Assembly (NCBI GenBank): GCA_043228905.1
Contig: JBHGNT010000013.1
Span: 9,300,001-9,364,000, forward strand
DNA from: Azolla caroliniana
Taxonomy: Eukaryota > Plantae > Polypodiophyta
Direction of reading: 5' to 3'
DNA length: 64,000 nucleotides
Shown: piece after piece, positions 11,771 to 24,544 of the stretch
Layout: each line of letters starts with the position of its first letter
How positions within the stretch are numbered: position 1 is the stretch's first letter
Notes under the pieces: generated by a model
What the model was told of the DNA's origin: nothing
Databases searched by the model: none
The model's input: only the letters and a program-made list of their open reading frames with translations
Made by a program: the position numbers and the translations under genes

Positions 11771-14686
11771 TCATTCTTCCTCCAAAATATCGAGCACACT
11801 CTGCTCGATGGTGTCAAGTGGTGCTTCTTCCTCCTGTTCCTTGCCTGCCTGGTCTCCGACCTCCGGTTGGGTTGGCTGTTCCGTAAAAATTTTCTGCTCC
11901 GGCTCTGCTTGATTCTGTGGTGCCGGTGCTTCCTCACCGCTTCGTCCGGGTTCTTCCTGTTCTCCCTCTGTTCCAGGCTCTGTTCTATTACCAGTGTCGC
12001 TTTCTCCGGTCTCGACTGGTCGGCTCGGTACGCCTTCTTCCTCTGCTCTGGTGTCTTCCGGTCTCAGTTCTTCTTCTTCTCCGGCATCGGTCTGCTCCTG
12101 CTCTTCTTGATTTCCTTCGAACGGAAGTTCTTCTTCGGGTATTCCTTGTCGGGGTTGTTCGGTGTCGGTTGGTTCAACTTCAGCCGGTCGCTCTCCCTCA
12201 CTTATAGTGATTGGCGTCGTTCTTCCCTTGGCTTCCTGTCGTAACCGGTCCTACTCGTATTTCTCCAACTCCAACTGAGTTGCGAGCTGCCCGTCATCCA
12301 ACCTCTCTACCAACCCTCGGATATCTTTGAGATATTCTTCCGCTAAAGCGTAGAAATCCTCCGACAATTCTTCCCGAATGGCGACGATACTTTCTTCATC
12401 CATCTTGTAGAACTTGTCACCGGTCTTCCTCCGATTCTCGGCATCCGCTCGGAGTGTCTGCAGCTCGGCTGCCTGTTGTGACCACTCCTTCCATAGCTTT
12501 TCCGTACTTTCGTTGATGCTTGCCTGAGCTCGGGTACTCCAACCTGACATGATGAGCTTGATCCGGTCAACCCCCGCCTTAGCATGCGCATAAGCTTCTT
12601 ACTTTTCCTTCCTTGCTCGTTTTATAATGTCGGCCATTATCTGAGCCTGGGCCTCGTAATCCGCTTTCTACTTTTCATAGGTACTTTGCAGTTTGCTGAT
12701 CGTGAAGGTCGATCTTTCCTTTTCTTCATTCCTGATCTTAGTCAGATCCAGCTTTTCCCGCCTTAGCGCCTCTAATTCCTTCCTTCTCTCCGTCGCTTGG
12801 GCTATTTCCGCCGACAATGCTTCCTTTTTGGCACTGACCTCATCCATTGCCTTAGCCAGATCTAATCGGGTTTCTTTGAGCTGTTCTTTCAGCTTCTCTA
12901 TTTGCCGGTCGTAGTCTGCTGCCCGTTTCTTGTTGTCCGACTCGGCTTGCTTGTGATCTCGGTAGAGACGGTCGAAGTCCTCCGTCTTCTGCTTCAGGCG
13001 TTGGTTTGCTTGAGCTCTTAACCGGTCGTCCCGGTCCTTATGTTGTCGGAGTTCTTCCTGCAGTTGTTCTATCTCCTGCTCGGCATGTCGACGCAATCGG
13101 TCCTTCTCCTTTTGCAGCTTCTCTTTTTCTTCTTGCAGTCGGTCATTAGTGGCTCGGCCTTTCCGGAGGCCTTCTTCCATTTTTCGTCTGTTGTCCTCCA
13201 CCGCTTTCCGCTGCTCCCTTTCTCTTTCCCTTAATGCCTCCTGAGCTTTTAACTCCTCTCGTAAGGTTTCTATTATTTTTTCGGTCTCAGGGCCGGTTTG
13301 CAAGGCTACCGGTTCCGGTTCCGGTTCTGGTTGCTTCCTTGTTGTCCCGACCGGCTCGGTGACAACTTGTGCTTGTTGAATTCCTTCCCTTGCCTGCAAC
13401 AGCTCCCCTTGCATTTCCTCGATCTGTGTTCGGAGCGCGACCAACTCCTGAGTTGTTGTATGCGTCAGCTGTTGCCTACACGTTTCTTCTTCCTCTAACT
13501 GGTCCGCTACTCCCGATAACTGCTCTGAAAGCCATCTCAGCCATTGTGGTTTTGTGCTTCTTGTGTCGGGGTGGCCTTGCTCACTTCTACTCCTTAACTC
13601 AGGCTGTTTTTCCGGCCTTTTCTCTGGCTCCGACGCTTGTTCATTCTTCTTCTCTGGGATGACCGGTTCTCTGAAGTCCGGCGCAACCGGTGTCGGTGCT
13701 GCTTCCCTCGGTACGGGTTCCGGTACTGCTTCTGCCTCGGCTACTGGAGGTGGTCCTTGCGCCCTCTGCTGAGTTTTGTCAACTGGTGGAGCCGGTCCTT
13801 TCGCCCGTCTCTCCCGACCTTGTCTTGCTGGGAGTCTTACCAGTGGTTCGGATGAGTCTTCTGTTTCAGCTTCCTCCTCCGATGCGACTACCAGACGGAC
13901 CTTTTGTATAAAGACCTCTGGTTCCGGTTCCGGCCGTCGCAACTTTATATTGATTGGTTTGAGCGCTACCGGTTCCTCCTCGGTCGATTTCCCTTTGCCT
14001 TTTCCTGCCGGTTTTGCCTTTGTTGCCGGTTCCTGTTGCTGTCGGGATGGTCCTTCCCCCCGCTGTTCTGCTTCTTGTTGGGTCCATCCGGGGGTGTGTT
14101 TCTCCAAGATCTGTTGGTGCTTTGTGACCTTTTTCGGCGTCGTCTCCTGCTGACCTCTTTTCTTTTGTGTGATGGGGAGCACCGGTGGGACTAACACCGT
14201 TAGCCATTGTGCTATCCGGGCCCATGGCTTTTTTCCTTCCACAAGATTCTTGATGGCCTCCTTCAATCCTTCGGTTATGAAATGGAGCCAGTCCACTTGT
14301 AACCCTTCGTACGCTGCAATTAAGAACGTTGCCCGGTACCTGGCTATGGCTGGGGGACGAGGATTCACGAATCCGTATTCCATCATGGCGCGGGCCACTT
14401 CTCCAAACAGCAGGTTCTCTCCGCCCGGTGTTCGGTATGCCTTGCTGCTGATAGAATACTCACCGAAATATTCGAACAGGATTTCACTTGAAGGGTTTTC
14501 GATTGTTTGAAGCCCTCCTGCTTTTATCCCCGTGAGCGCCTGCACCGCTCCTTCCGTGATTTCTGATAAATCAATCGATGCTGCCGCCTGCTCTGGTTCT
14601 ACGTGTGGTGGAGCGTCGGCGATCCGCAGCAATCCTTTTAACCCGTTCTCCCTCATCCATTGGCGTGCCTCCTCCGACAGTACCAT
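11771..14686 (-). pseudogene. Element C extra ORF3 (~970 aa; N-terminal domain + coiled coil)
   Basis: ORFs 12668..14950 and 12251..12550 and the tail ..SVLDILEEE* are in one frame with two premature stops; homologous to ORF3 of E and G; start inferred from alignment (MVLSEEARQW). Confidence 0.85.
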
Positions 14687-15102
14687 TGTTTCGAATTCTT
14701 CTTCTATTGTCTGTTGTTCGGGATCGGGCTGTGTGTGCGTTGTGCGTCGGATTGCTCTTCTGTGCTTCTGTGCCTGTGTGTAGGAAAATTCGTAAAAAGT
14801 AAGTCCTTCGCAGGCCTGTGTCTTATATAGTGGCTTTTGCCTCGAGCCGCCCTCTTTCGTTTCCCGCGCATGTTCATCTCCCGCCATAATTAGTATGTCC
14901 TTTCTTGCTTGCCGCGTGTGAGTGCCCACGTTCCCTACTTTAAATAGCAAGTACGCGCACGTCCTTCTTTATTGCATGGCGCCTCTTCGTTGCATGGTGG
15001 CGCTCCCACCTCTTGTGATCTCCCCATCACTACTATGATTCGTGTCGATTTTGCCCACGTCATTTTTTATTTTATTTTATTTTTTTCTTTGTTTGGACCA
15101 CG

Positions 15103-18100
15103 TCATTTTCTGGTCCCCCCCGATTTGTTCGGGTCGGTTCGCGTTGATACCGGATCCTTCTGTCGGTTTTCCGGGATAGTCTTTGTCAGTATCGGTGTCG
15201 GTTCCTCATCTTGCCGGATTTCCGGGTTATTCTTGAACGAGTTGGCTGGCATATTTCCCTTATACGGCTTTAGCCGAAACCCATTTGCCCACTTACCGAT
15301 GACATCTCCAGACAACGTGCCGAGCTGATACGACCCATTGTACTCCTTGGTGATCCAGAACGGTCCGGTCCACCGAAACCGCAACTTTCCCGGCATGTTC
15401 CCCATCCGTGTCTGGAATAGTAGCACCGGTTTCCCGACTTCGAAATCCTTTTCGTTGCCACGCCGGTGTCGGTCCACGAAAGCTTTTCTCCTCCTTTGCT
15501 CCAGTTCGAGTTGTAGTAAGCTGGCTATTCGGTTTTCTTCTAATTCCAACAACGTCGCCAGCCGGATTCGTTCGGACTCCTTCTCACTTAAGTGCTCCTT
15601 TACCTGGATCCGTAAGCTGGGGATCTGGAACTCTACCGGCATGACCGCTTCTAAACCGAATGCTAGTCGGAACGGGGTTGTCCGGATGCTGGTTTTGTAC
15701 GTTGTTCGGTACGCCCATAGCGCGCTTTGCAATTTCATATCCCAGTCGGTCCGGTTCTCGTTGACGATTTTTCGTAGGATGTTCTGCAGAGTTTTATTCG
15801 TTGATTCCACTAGTCCATTGGCTTGAGGGTAGTAGGGAGTACTCCTTTTATGTACCACCGCGTAAAATGACGTCAGGCTTTCTACTACCTGCCCGAGAAA
15901 ATGTTCTCCTTGGTCACTTATAAGCTCGATCGGGCATCCATACCGGCACCATATGCAGTCGTACAGGAACTTTGCCGTGGACGCGGCCGTGTTGTCCCGT
16001 AAGGCCTTTGCTTCTACCCATTTGGTGCAATAGTCGGTCGCCACTATGACATACCGATTTCCGGTTCGCATTGCCGGTGGCTTGAAGGGACCGACAAAGT
16101 CCAAACCCCACTTTTGAAATGGTTCCAATGGCAAGACCGGGTGGTGTGGCATCCGGGCCTGCTCCATGGGTTGGCCCAGTCGTTGACACAAATCGCATTC
16201 TCTGCTATACTTCACGGCATCTTTTAGGATGGTGGGCCACCACAGTCCGCTCTGCCATATTTTCCGAGCGGTTGCGTCGCCGGCATAATGCCCGCCGGCA
16301 ATTCCACAGTGGGCTTCCCTGAGGATTAAATCCTTCTCATCGCTCTGCACTGCTCGTCTCGAGATGCCATCTGCCCCCTTGTGATAGAGGGTGTCTCCAA
16401 CCAAGCAGAAATGTCTGCTTCTTACTGCTACCCTTTTCCTTTCATCGCGGTCCATGTTCTCCGGGGGTACTCCGGTGCTTAGGAACTGATGCATCTCAGT
16501 TAGCCACGTGTCTTCATCGTCTACCGTTGCATCCGTTGCCGGTTTCGTCGTGATCCGGAACAACTCGGCATCGGGGAACTCATCCTGGACGCCGTCCCCT
16601 GCTTCTTTGGATTCGAGTCTGCTTAGGTAGTCCGCTACCGCATGCTGCGCCCCGGGTCGGTGGAAAATGTCGAATTCAAATTCCTGTAACAGCAGTGTCC
16701 ATCGTGCAATTTTTCCCGTCAGGGATGCCTTCGAGACCAGGTAGAGTAGTGCCGAATGGTCGACATGGAAGGAAAACTTCCTTTCGAGCAGATAGTGCCT
16801 GTACTTTGTGACACTATACACCATTCCCAATGCCTCGCGTTCCGTCGTAGAGTAATTCCGTTCGGCTTTTGAAAGTTTCCGGCTTGCGTAGTACACCGGT
16901 CGGTACCATTTCAGCTCCGTAAGTTGCATCAGAACGCTGCCGATTGCTACGTCCGACGCGTCGACGAAGACGTGAAAGCTTTTACTCCAATCCGGCGGTT
17001 ACATCACCGGAGCTTGCGACAGCATAACCTTCAGCACTTGGTAGGCTTCCTCCTCCGTCTCCGCCCATAGGAAGGGTACCGTGTGTACGACGGTATGTAA
17101 TGGTGTAGCGAAGTCTGCGAGGTGCCGTATCATCCGGCTATGCCACCTTATTTGGCCTAGGAACCGGCTTAAAGCCTTTGCGTTATTTGGTGCTGGTGCC
17201 TCAAGAATTGCCTTGACTTTATCCGGATCTACCGCGATTCCTTCCTTACTCACCACGTGCCCTAGTTAGTTGCCGCTTGCCACTCCAAAGACGCACTTGG
17301 CTGGGTTCAGACTCAACCGGTACTCGCGGCACTTCTCCAAGCACATCCGGAGGTGATCGAGATGCTCTCCGTGCCGGCTGTAGACCGCGAAATCGTCAAG
17401 GAAGACCTGCATAAAACCGGGGATATATTCCCCGAAAATTTCCATTATTATCCTTTGAAAGGTCGCTGGAGCCGTCTTTAGTCCGAACATCATCACGACC
17501 GCGACGAACACTCCCCATTCCGTAACGAACGTTGTCTTCTCCTGGTCGGCCGGGTTCATTCGTACTTGGTTGTAGCCGCTAAATCCATCCAGGAACCTGT
17601 AAACTTCGTGGCCGGCTACCGCATCTAACACCCCGTCCGTAAATGGTAGTGGAAATGCATCGGTCACTGTTGCGGCATTTAGTTTTCGGTAGTCCACACA
17701 TACCCGGATTTTTCCGTTCTTTTTCGAGACCACCACTATCGGACTCAGCTAGGTTGCTTGCTTGACCGGTCGGATAAATCCGCACCGGAGGAGCTTATCA
17801 ATCTCCTCCTTCACCTTCGCCGCATAATTCGGATTCATTCGGTACCTGCGTTGAGCGATCGGTTTCGCGTCCGTACTTAGGTGAATTTGGTGCTGATAGA
17901 GCTGGGGGTTCAGCCCTCACATGTCTTCGTACGACCACGCGAACACATCCTTGAAGTCTGTTAATAATGCTATCATTGCCTTCTTTTCTTCCTTCGGCAA
18001 TTCCTTTGCGACATTTACCGGTCGGGGCTTGTCTGTTGTGCCGAGGTCCACCTCCTCTAGTTGGGATGCTTTTACCCTCTGGGATATCGTCATTTCCCTC

Positions 18101-20898
18101 TCTAGGGATTCCTGCGCTTGTCGCAGTTCCCGGATCGCCGCTTGGTCCAGTTCGTCCGGCGTCGTAATGTACGGTTCTACTGCCGCCATGATATCCACTT
18201 CAAATAGTGGGACGATTCGTGGATGTTCCTCGAGGTACTGCTCGACTTCCTCGTCCGGTAATCCTTCCATGTTGATGCTTTCCGCATACAATGGAGTTGC
18301 TTCCTTACTGGCGATTACCCGTGGTTGTGTCGTTACTCGTACTTTTGCTTTCCCTTGCCAGAATGTGATCATGTTCTTTTGCCAGTTTTGCTTGATATGC
18401 GCCGTCCGCAGCCATGGTCGTCCTAGCAGTAGGGGGTATGGGCCTTGTACATTCAGCTGTAGCACCACGGCCGATATCCGGAAGACGTGGCCTCCGATCG
18501 TTACTTCCAAATCCCGGATAAGTCCGGTCGGTCGGACTGAGCTGGTATCCGCCATGCGTAACCAAAAGGGGCATGGTTCCCATTCCCGGATGCCCAGGTT
18601 ATCACATGTATGTCGGCTGATGACATTTACCCCGGAGCCTCCGTCAATAATCGTTCCAGCAATTTCCTTCCCTTTCACGATTGCCGTGATCGCCGGGCTA
18701 CTTGTATCGACCACCGTTGGTCCTTCCTCCGGGTTGGAGAAGAATGCCGGTGCTGGTGTCGGCTTCAGTTTGCTCACGGATGCCTGTAAGTCTGCCGTAA
18801 ACTGTGGCACCAACTGTAGTAGCCGTGCTAACGACAGCACGATTTGACAGTCCTGTAGTGCTTGCCACGTCAGGTTTTCTCCTGGCTGTATGATTTCTTC
18901 GTCTTTTGGCATATTTTGGTCTCTTACTTCTGCCGCATTCAGTTCATTGGCCTCCTTGATCCATTGCGCCGCTTGTTTTCTGATTGCCTCCTGGGCTTCC
19001 CACTCGGCCGTCTTTCCCTTTGACCGGGTTGTGACCTGCTGTACTTCTGTTATTTCGGCTGTAACCATGTTGACTGCCGGCTGCTTGTCATTGATTTTGC
19101 TTGGGCATTGGTTACTATAGTGGCCTTCCTTACGGCAGTAATAACAGAACACCTTGTGACTGTTGCTCGTTTCTCCTTTGTCCCCGGTTTGGAGGGTGGG
19201 TATGCTTCGGTGGTCGTCTTCGGTTTTTCGGTTATCCGGTACCGATACCGGGTTGTCATTCCTCGTTGCCTCCCGACGTTCCTCTCTTCAGAAAAATCCA
19301 CGTTTCTGATTCCGTCGGAAATTTCGGTTCCCTTGTCGCCTCTCTTCTCTGCGTCGTTCGTATTCCGGGGATTCGTCTCGGTCGTACCGGTCCCGGGGGT
19401 AGCTATCTCTGCGTTTCTCCTCTTGGTCATAGTTATCGCATCTTCTATCAGCGTATCTGTTACCGCGTTCGCGTTGGTAGTGGTCGTCTCTCCGGAATCG
19501 ATCCTCATCCGGGTTCTGATTGCGCAGTTCTATGTGTCGAACCGGTGCTGCCTGTCGATTTAACAGGTTATATTCGCATCGGTCCGTTGTATGGGCTCGA
19601 GAGTTGCAGATCATACATTGTGTCCACAGGGTGCAGTCTACTGTTGAGTGGCCCGAATTTAGGCATGTTGTGCATTGTAAGGCCTGTCGGAACCTCAGGT
19701 CTTCCTCCTTTGGGAGTGCCCGGTGTAACATCCCCATCGACAAGAAGGAACTAGTCTTGTCCATTTCTAAGACCCAATCAATAACTTGGTCCATTGTGCT
19801 GGTGTGGAAATCAAGGACTCCGCACATTGTTCGAAGTGGCTCTTTCAGCGCGGCCAAAAAGACTGCTTTGGCTTCGTCTTCGGGTGGTGCTCTCGTCAGT
19901 TGGTTGTGCAGGGTCTGAAACCGAATGATGAATTGTGGCACAGTCTCGTTCTCTTCCTGCCGGGTGGTGTAGAACTGCCCGACCAATTCCCTTTGCTCAA
20001 CTTGTCTCTGAAAAAGCCTGAGGAATCTGGCCTTCAAGGCATCGAATGTGGCAAAGCTGCCCGGTAAGTGCTTTGCTTGCCATCGGGCCGCCGGTCCTTC
20101 TAAGGTCATGCCGAATTCGGCGACTTTGGATCGTTCGGCTTCGGGCTCCGTCAGTCTTTGGGAGACATGGTTGGCTTCCCATGTTTGGAGGAATGCGTAC
20201 ATGTGTGCCTCCGCGTCGGGCTCATCCCGGTACTTTGGGTATGGGTACGGCATCGTGTCATCCAACTGACTCTCCTGCCTTCTCCGCTCTCTGTCCGCTG
20301 TTGGCGTCGGTGTGAGAACCTTTGGTTCCTCCGCGGTTGGTGCCGGTATCCGCTCCTTCAGTTCCTCCACGGGTGTTGCCGGTGTCCGGTCCTTTGGTTC
20401 CTCCGCGGGTGTTGTCGGTATCCGCTCCTTCGGTTCCTTCGCGGGTGTTGTCGGTATCCGGTCAGCCTCCCTCGGCGATTGCCGGTCACCGAATTCCAAG
20501 GTTATTTCTTCCTCTGGCTCCGGTGTTACTGAGTCTTCCGACCCCTCTTCCCCCGGGTCGTTTGGTGTGTCGTGGCTGCTTTTATACCGGGACGCAACGC
20601 TTCCGTCGCTTTTCGACTCCGCCTCAAGTGTTGCGAATGCTTCCGAGTCCCCGTCGCCCCCGGCGAGCGTCTGTAGTATCGTTTCCGCCTCTTGCAGGCT
20701 TGTTATGCTACTGCCTTCGTCGGGGATTTGCAGAACCCGGAACTGCAGTGCTTCTTCTGCGACTCTCCGAAGAGTTTTGGAGAATGACCGATCCCGCCCG
20801 ATCTCGTCGACAGCTTGCTGCAGGGCTTCCCGTCGTTGCTCGCGTTCGGTGTATCGTCTCCCTCGTTCGGTGATGTGATCGTCGTTTGGTCCAGACAT
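15103..20898 (-). pseudogene. Element C gag-pol polyprotein
   Basis: Gag with three CCHC knuckles, PR (IIDGGSGVN), RT (FLDDFAVY), RH (VYYASRKL), INT (WGLDFVGPF, GPFW); premature stops, e.g. TGA at 19288 probably from CGA. Confidence 0.93.
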
Positions 20899-20933
20899 CC
20901 ATCCCTCGGTTGTCCTCTGCACTTTGCAGGAAT

Positions 20934-20944
20934 CGTGGTCGCCA
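20934..20944 (-). promoter_or_regulatory. 5' PBS of C (tRNA-Arg(UCG)-like)
   Basis: TGGCGACCACG begins 6 nt after the 5' LTR end on the minus strand; tRNA identity recalled. Confidence 0.7.
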
Positions 20945-20950
20945 AAATAG

Positions 20951-21341
20951 TGTTGTCTGCCTGGCCGGACTAGCCTCAACACAGGTGTCTATCCGACACT
21001 TCTCCAAAGGGGTGGTAAGGATTGGATGCTAGGTTACACGTGTAAGATTATTACAATTAAGCACAGACGGTAAAACAATACAGAGATACAGATAAACACG
21101 CAATAATTCTATTTGTATTACTTCCGTCAAACCCTTTACAAATCATCGGATCCTTTTATAGGCATCCGACAAGGTTACAATCGGTGCGCTTAGGCAACCG
21201 ACATCCGAATCGGTCCGGATCCGGATCGGTACAACTGTACCGGATCCGTCCCTCCGAATAATAATTCTACTATCATTTACTTCCTATTATCCGATCTGAC
21301 TCCGCCTTCCCACTTGTCCTTGCTCTTCTGACCGGCCAACA
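20951..21341 (-). repeat. Element C 5' LTR
   Basis: Direct repeat of 11330-11720, followed by TSD TACAC. Confidence 0.96.
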
Positions 21342-21406
21342 TACACAGGTTCTTCTTCATCACGAATGTTGCTTGCACTTCCGCATTGACGACCTTGTCC
21401 CCAACA

Positions 21407-24170
21407 TGACCCAATTCCCTACATTTACTGAGAAAGAGATTTCGGGATTATGTGGGGCGTGCCAATTCAGAAAACAACACCGACATCCATTCCCGAAAGA
21501 GAGGAATGTGAGTAAAGGGATCCTGGATGTAGTACATTCAGATGTGTGTGGACCAGCCCAGACTGCAACATTCGGAGGTTGCCGTTACTATGTCACGTTC
21601 ATCGACGACTTCTCCAGGCACACCTGGATCTACCCTATGCAACAAAAGAGCGAAGTGTTCGGATACTTCCATAAATTTAAAAATGAAGTTGAAAAAGCCA
21701 CGGGTCGGCATGTACGATGGCTTCGGCACGTACGATGGCTTTGATCAATTGGAGGAAAAGAATATTTTTGAGACGAATTGACGGCGTATCTCCGAAAGAA
21801 AGGAATTCGATGATAATTCTCGTGTTGACATACACCTCAGCAAAATGGTGTACTCGAAAGGAAGAATCGGCACATAGTAGAGGTTGCATGGGCAATGAGA
21901 AGAACCTACCAAAATTGTACTAGGCAGAAGCGGCAAACACGGTTGTATATCTCATGATCAGGTGTACAACCTTTGGGGTACACGACGTAACCCCTCATGA
22001 GAGGTATTTTGGAAAGAAGCCGATGTTCGGATTTTCGGCTCAATCGCCTACGTGCATATTCCCGACGAGACGCGACAAAAGCTCAACCCGAAGTCGGAGA
22101 AATGTATCCTCGTAGAATACTCACTGGAGCAAAAGGGCTACAAATGCTATAACCCATCTACCCGAAAAGTTCGAGTAAGTCGAGACGTCGTTTTCGACGA
22201 GTCAGCATCCTAGTACACACCAGAGACAACTTCAAGTTTGATCCTGCACGATCCGGAATCCGCCGAACAAGAGATAGAAGATGGAGATTGACTCTAGCAC
22301 ATGTTCAAAGGAAGTCCGATTACGATAAGGCTTAGTGGACCATAGGAGCCCCCGAGTGACCAAAGCACATCTTGGCCGAGTTCGAAACTCGTCAAAGGGA
22401 AGGCCAAGATGTCCGAATACGAAGATCCAATCGATGAGTCAACTCACTCCCTTGACAATGAGTTCGAAGGCCTGGATATCCTGACCATCTACACGAATGG
22501 AGCGAAGAAAGCATTAGTCTCCGCGAACAAGAAGTTATGCCGGTTCACCCGTGAAGAAAACCTCGTAAGCCGATTCGGCTATGATGAGTACATGGGGTAT
22601 CAGTACGCCTTTATGATGAAGGTATCAACTGTCCAAGAGCCAGAAACACTTTCTGAAGCCGTAAAGAACCCGAGATGGGTCGACGCGATGAATGAAGAAA
22701 TGCAGACCTTGTGCAAAAATGAGACATGGGATCTTGTTCCCCATTCACCTCATAGGAAAGCGATTGGTTGCAGATGGATCTCTTAGGTCAAATATAATGC
22801 CGATGGCTCCATAAATCGCTTCAAAGCACGACTCGTCACAAAAGGATATGCACAAACACGCGAAGTCGATTACGAGGAGACCTTTGCCCTAGTGGCAAAG
22901 ATGACGACTATGCGGACCGTAACTGCACTCGCAGCAGCAAAATACCAAATGGATGTCAAGAACGCCTTTCTACAAGGCGAATTTGAAGAGCAGGTGTTCA
23001 TGGCTCAACAACCCAGTTGTGAATCGAAATCTCATCCAAAAGCAGTCTGCCAACTCAAGAAGCCACTCTATGGACTTAAGCAAGCACCGCGTGCTTGCAT
23101 TCGAAGATCACTCAATATCTTCATCAAATTGGCTTTCGAATGTCGAAATTGGACAACTCCCTGTACATCTGAAATGAGTCCAACAACTTGATTGCCATCA
23201 TCTTGTATGTGGATGATCTGGTCATCTGAGGAAAGGATCTTGCTGAGATTAATAAGGTCAAATCACTCCTATCCGGCAGATTCGAAATGAAAGATATGCA
23301 CAAGCTCCATTACTTCCTTGGTATCGAAGTAATTCGGACACCGGTCGAGATATTGATCACTCAATGACACCATGTTCTCAACTTACTCTACAAGCTCGGA
23401 ATGACCGAGTGCAAACCTGTCTCTACCCCTCTCGACCAAAATCTCAAGCTCGATGTCGATTTAGGCACAACCTAGTGCGAGCCGACTCAGTATCGACGAC
23501 TGATCGATAGCCTAATCTATCTAACCATTATACGCCCCGATCTTAACTTTTCGGTCAACCTACTTAGCCAATTCATGTAGAACCCACGAAATGATCATCT
23601 CGATTGGGCTAAGAGGATACTTCGGCATGTCAGTACGACGATGGATTACGACGTCATGTATAAGTTGAATATGCTTATTTGACTCGAAAGGTACACGAAC
23701 GCAGATTGGGCTGGTTATAAGGCCGATAGACGATCCACTTCCGGATTCTTCTTCTCCCTCAGCAGCGGAGCGATCTCCTAGAGTAGCAAGAAACAGCCGA
23801 CAGTCACAATGTCGAGCATGGAGGCCAAATACAGGGGTGGGACATTCGTTGCGTGCGAAGTTGTCTGGCTCAAACACATCATGAAGGATCTGGGCATTCC
23901 CATCACGGATCCAATTCGCCTCTTCTGCAACAACATGAGCAACGTCTACCCTCGCTCGGAACCCGGTACCGCACACGCAGTCTAAACACATCAAAGTGCA
24001 TTATCACTTCATTCGCGAACGTGTTTAGGCTGGTGATATCGATTTACAACATATCAACATGAACCTCCAGGTTGCTGACATCTTCACAAAAGCCTTCGGC
24101 ATCGACAAGCTGTGGCAGTTCGTGACGGACCTTGGTCTCTCAATCACCGACCATCTGCGCTTGAGGGGGA
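21407..24170 (+). pseudogene. Element A INT-RT-RNase H (degenerate)
   Basis: VVHSDVCGP, YQMDVKNAFLQG, LYGLKQAPRA and ADIFTK-like motifs with many stops and frameshifts. Confidence 0.88.
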
Positions 24171-24544
24171 GTACAGTAGCAACTCATACCAAACAATAAC
24201 TGATCAGTTGATTGAAGCCAACCAGAGGAGTCGAAGTACGAACAAACAAACATGGAGAATCGAACAATCAAAATCGTAAGCCGTGTCAAAAACCAAAATT
24301 GAAAAGTGAAGTCAAAACCAATTCAACCGAATTGAAGTTTTTGAAGACCGAACCAAAACAACCTTTTTGACATCCAAAATTTTTGTTCAAAGAAGGGGCA
24401 TGTTGAGAATCGAACTCAACTTCCCATGGAGATAGTGTTCACACTAGCTAATGGACATCATAATAGGCTAGATTTGTAATTAGTAGAAAGGGCACTTGCC
24501 CTAGATCAATTGGTATTTAAACCAACCTTTTGTAACTTAGTTAC

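Larger units (their letters stand above)
11330..21341 (-). mobile_element. Full-length non-chromovirus Ty3/gypsy element C with extra ORF
   Basis: LTRs 11330-11720 and 20951-21341 (about 6 mismatches by eye); TSD TACAC; gag-PR-RT-RH-INT order on the minus strand; no chromodomain. Confidence 0.96.
5394..21406 (+). mobile_element. Ty1/copia element B nested in A
   Basis: 5' LTR 5394-5726 (TGTTG..CAACA); PBS 5729-5740; PPT GGGGGAG at 10245-10251; 3' LTR starts 10252 and finishes 21342-21406 after two insertions. Confidence 0.92.

Noticed and set aside
12668-14950. Envelope gene or captured host myosin/SMC gene
   Set aside because: No transmembrane segment, signal peptide or ATPase motif; similarity is only coiled-coil composition
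19280-19295. Programmed gag/pol readthrough or frameshift in C
   Set aside because: The TGA is in frame with downstream gag and is best explained as CGA>TGA decay
11330-21341. One-off inversion of the internal domain explaining the plus-strand PBS
   Set aside because: LTR TATA, 5' PBS and ORFs agree in orientation, and the same layout recurs in E and G
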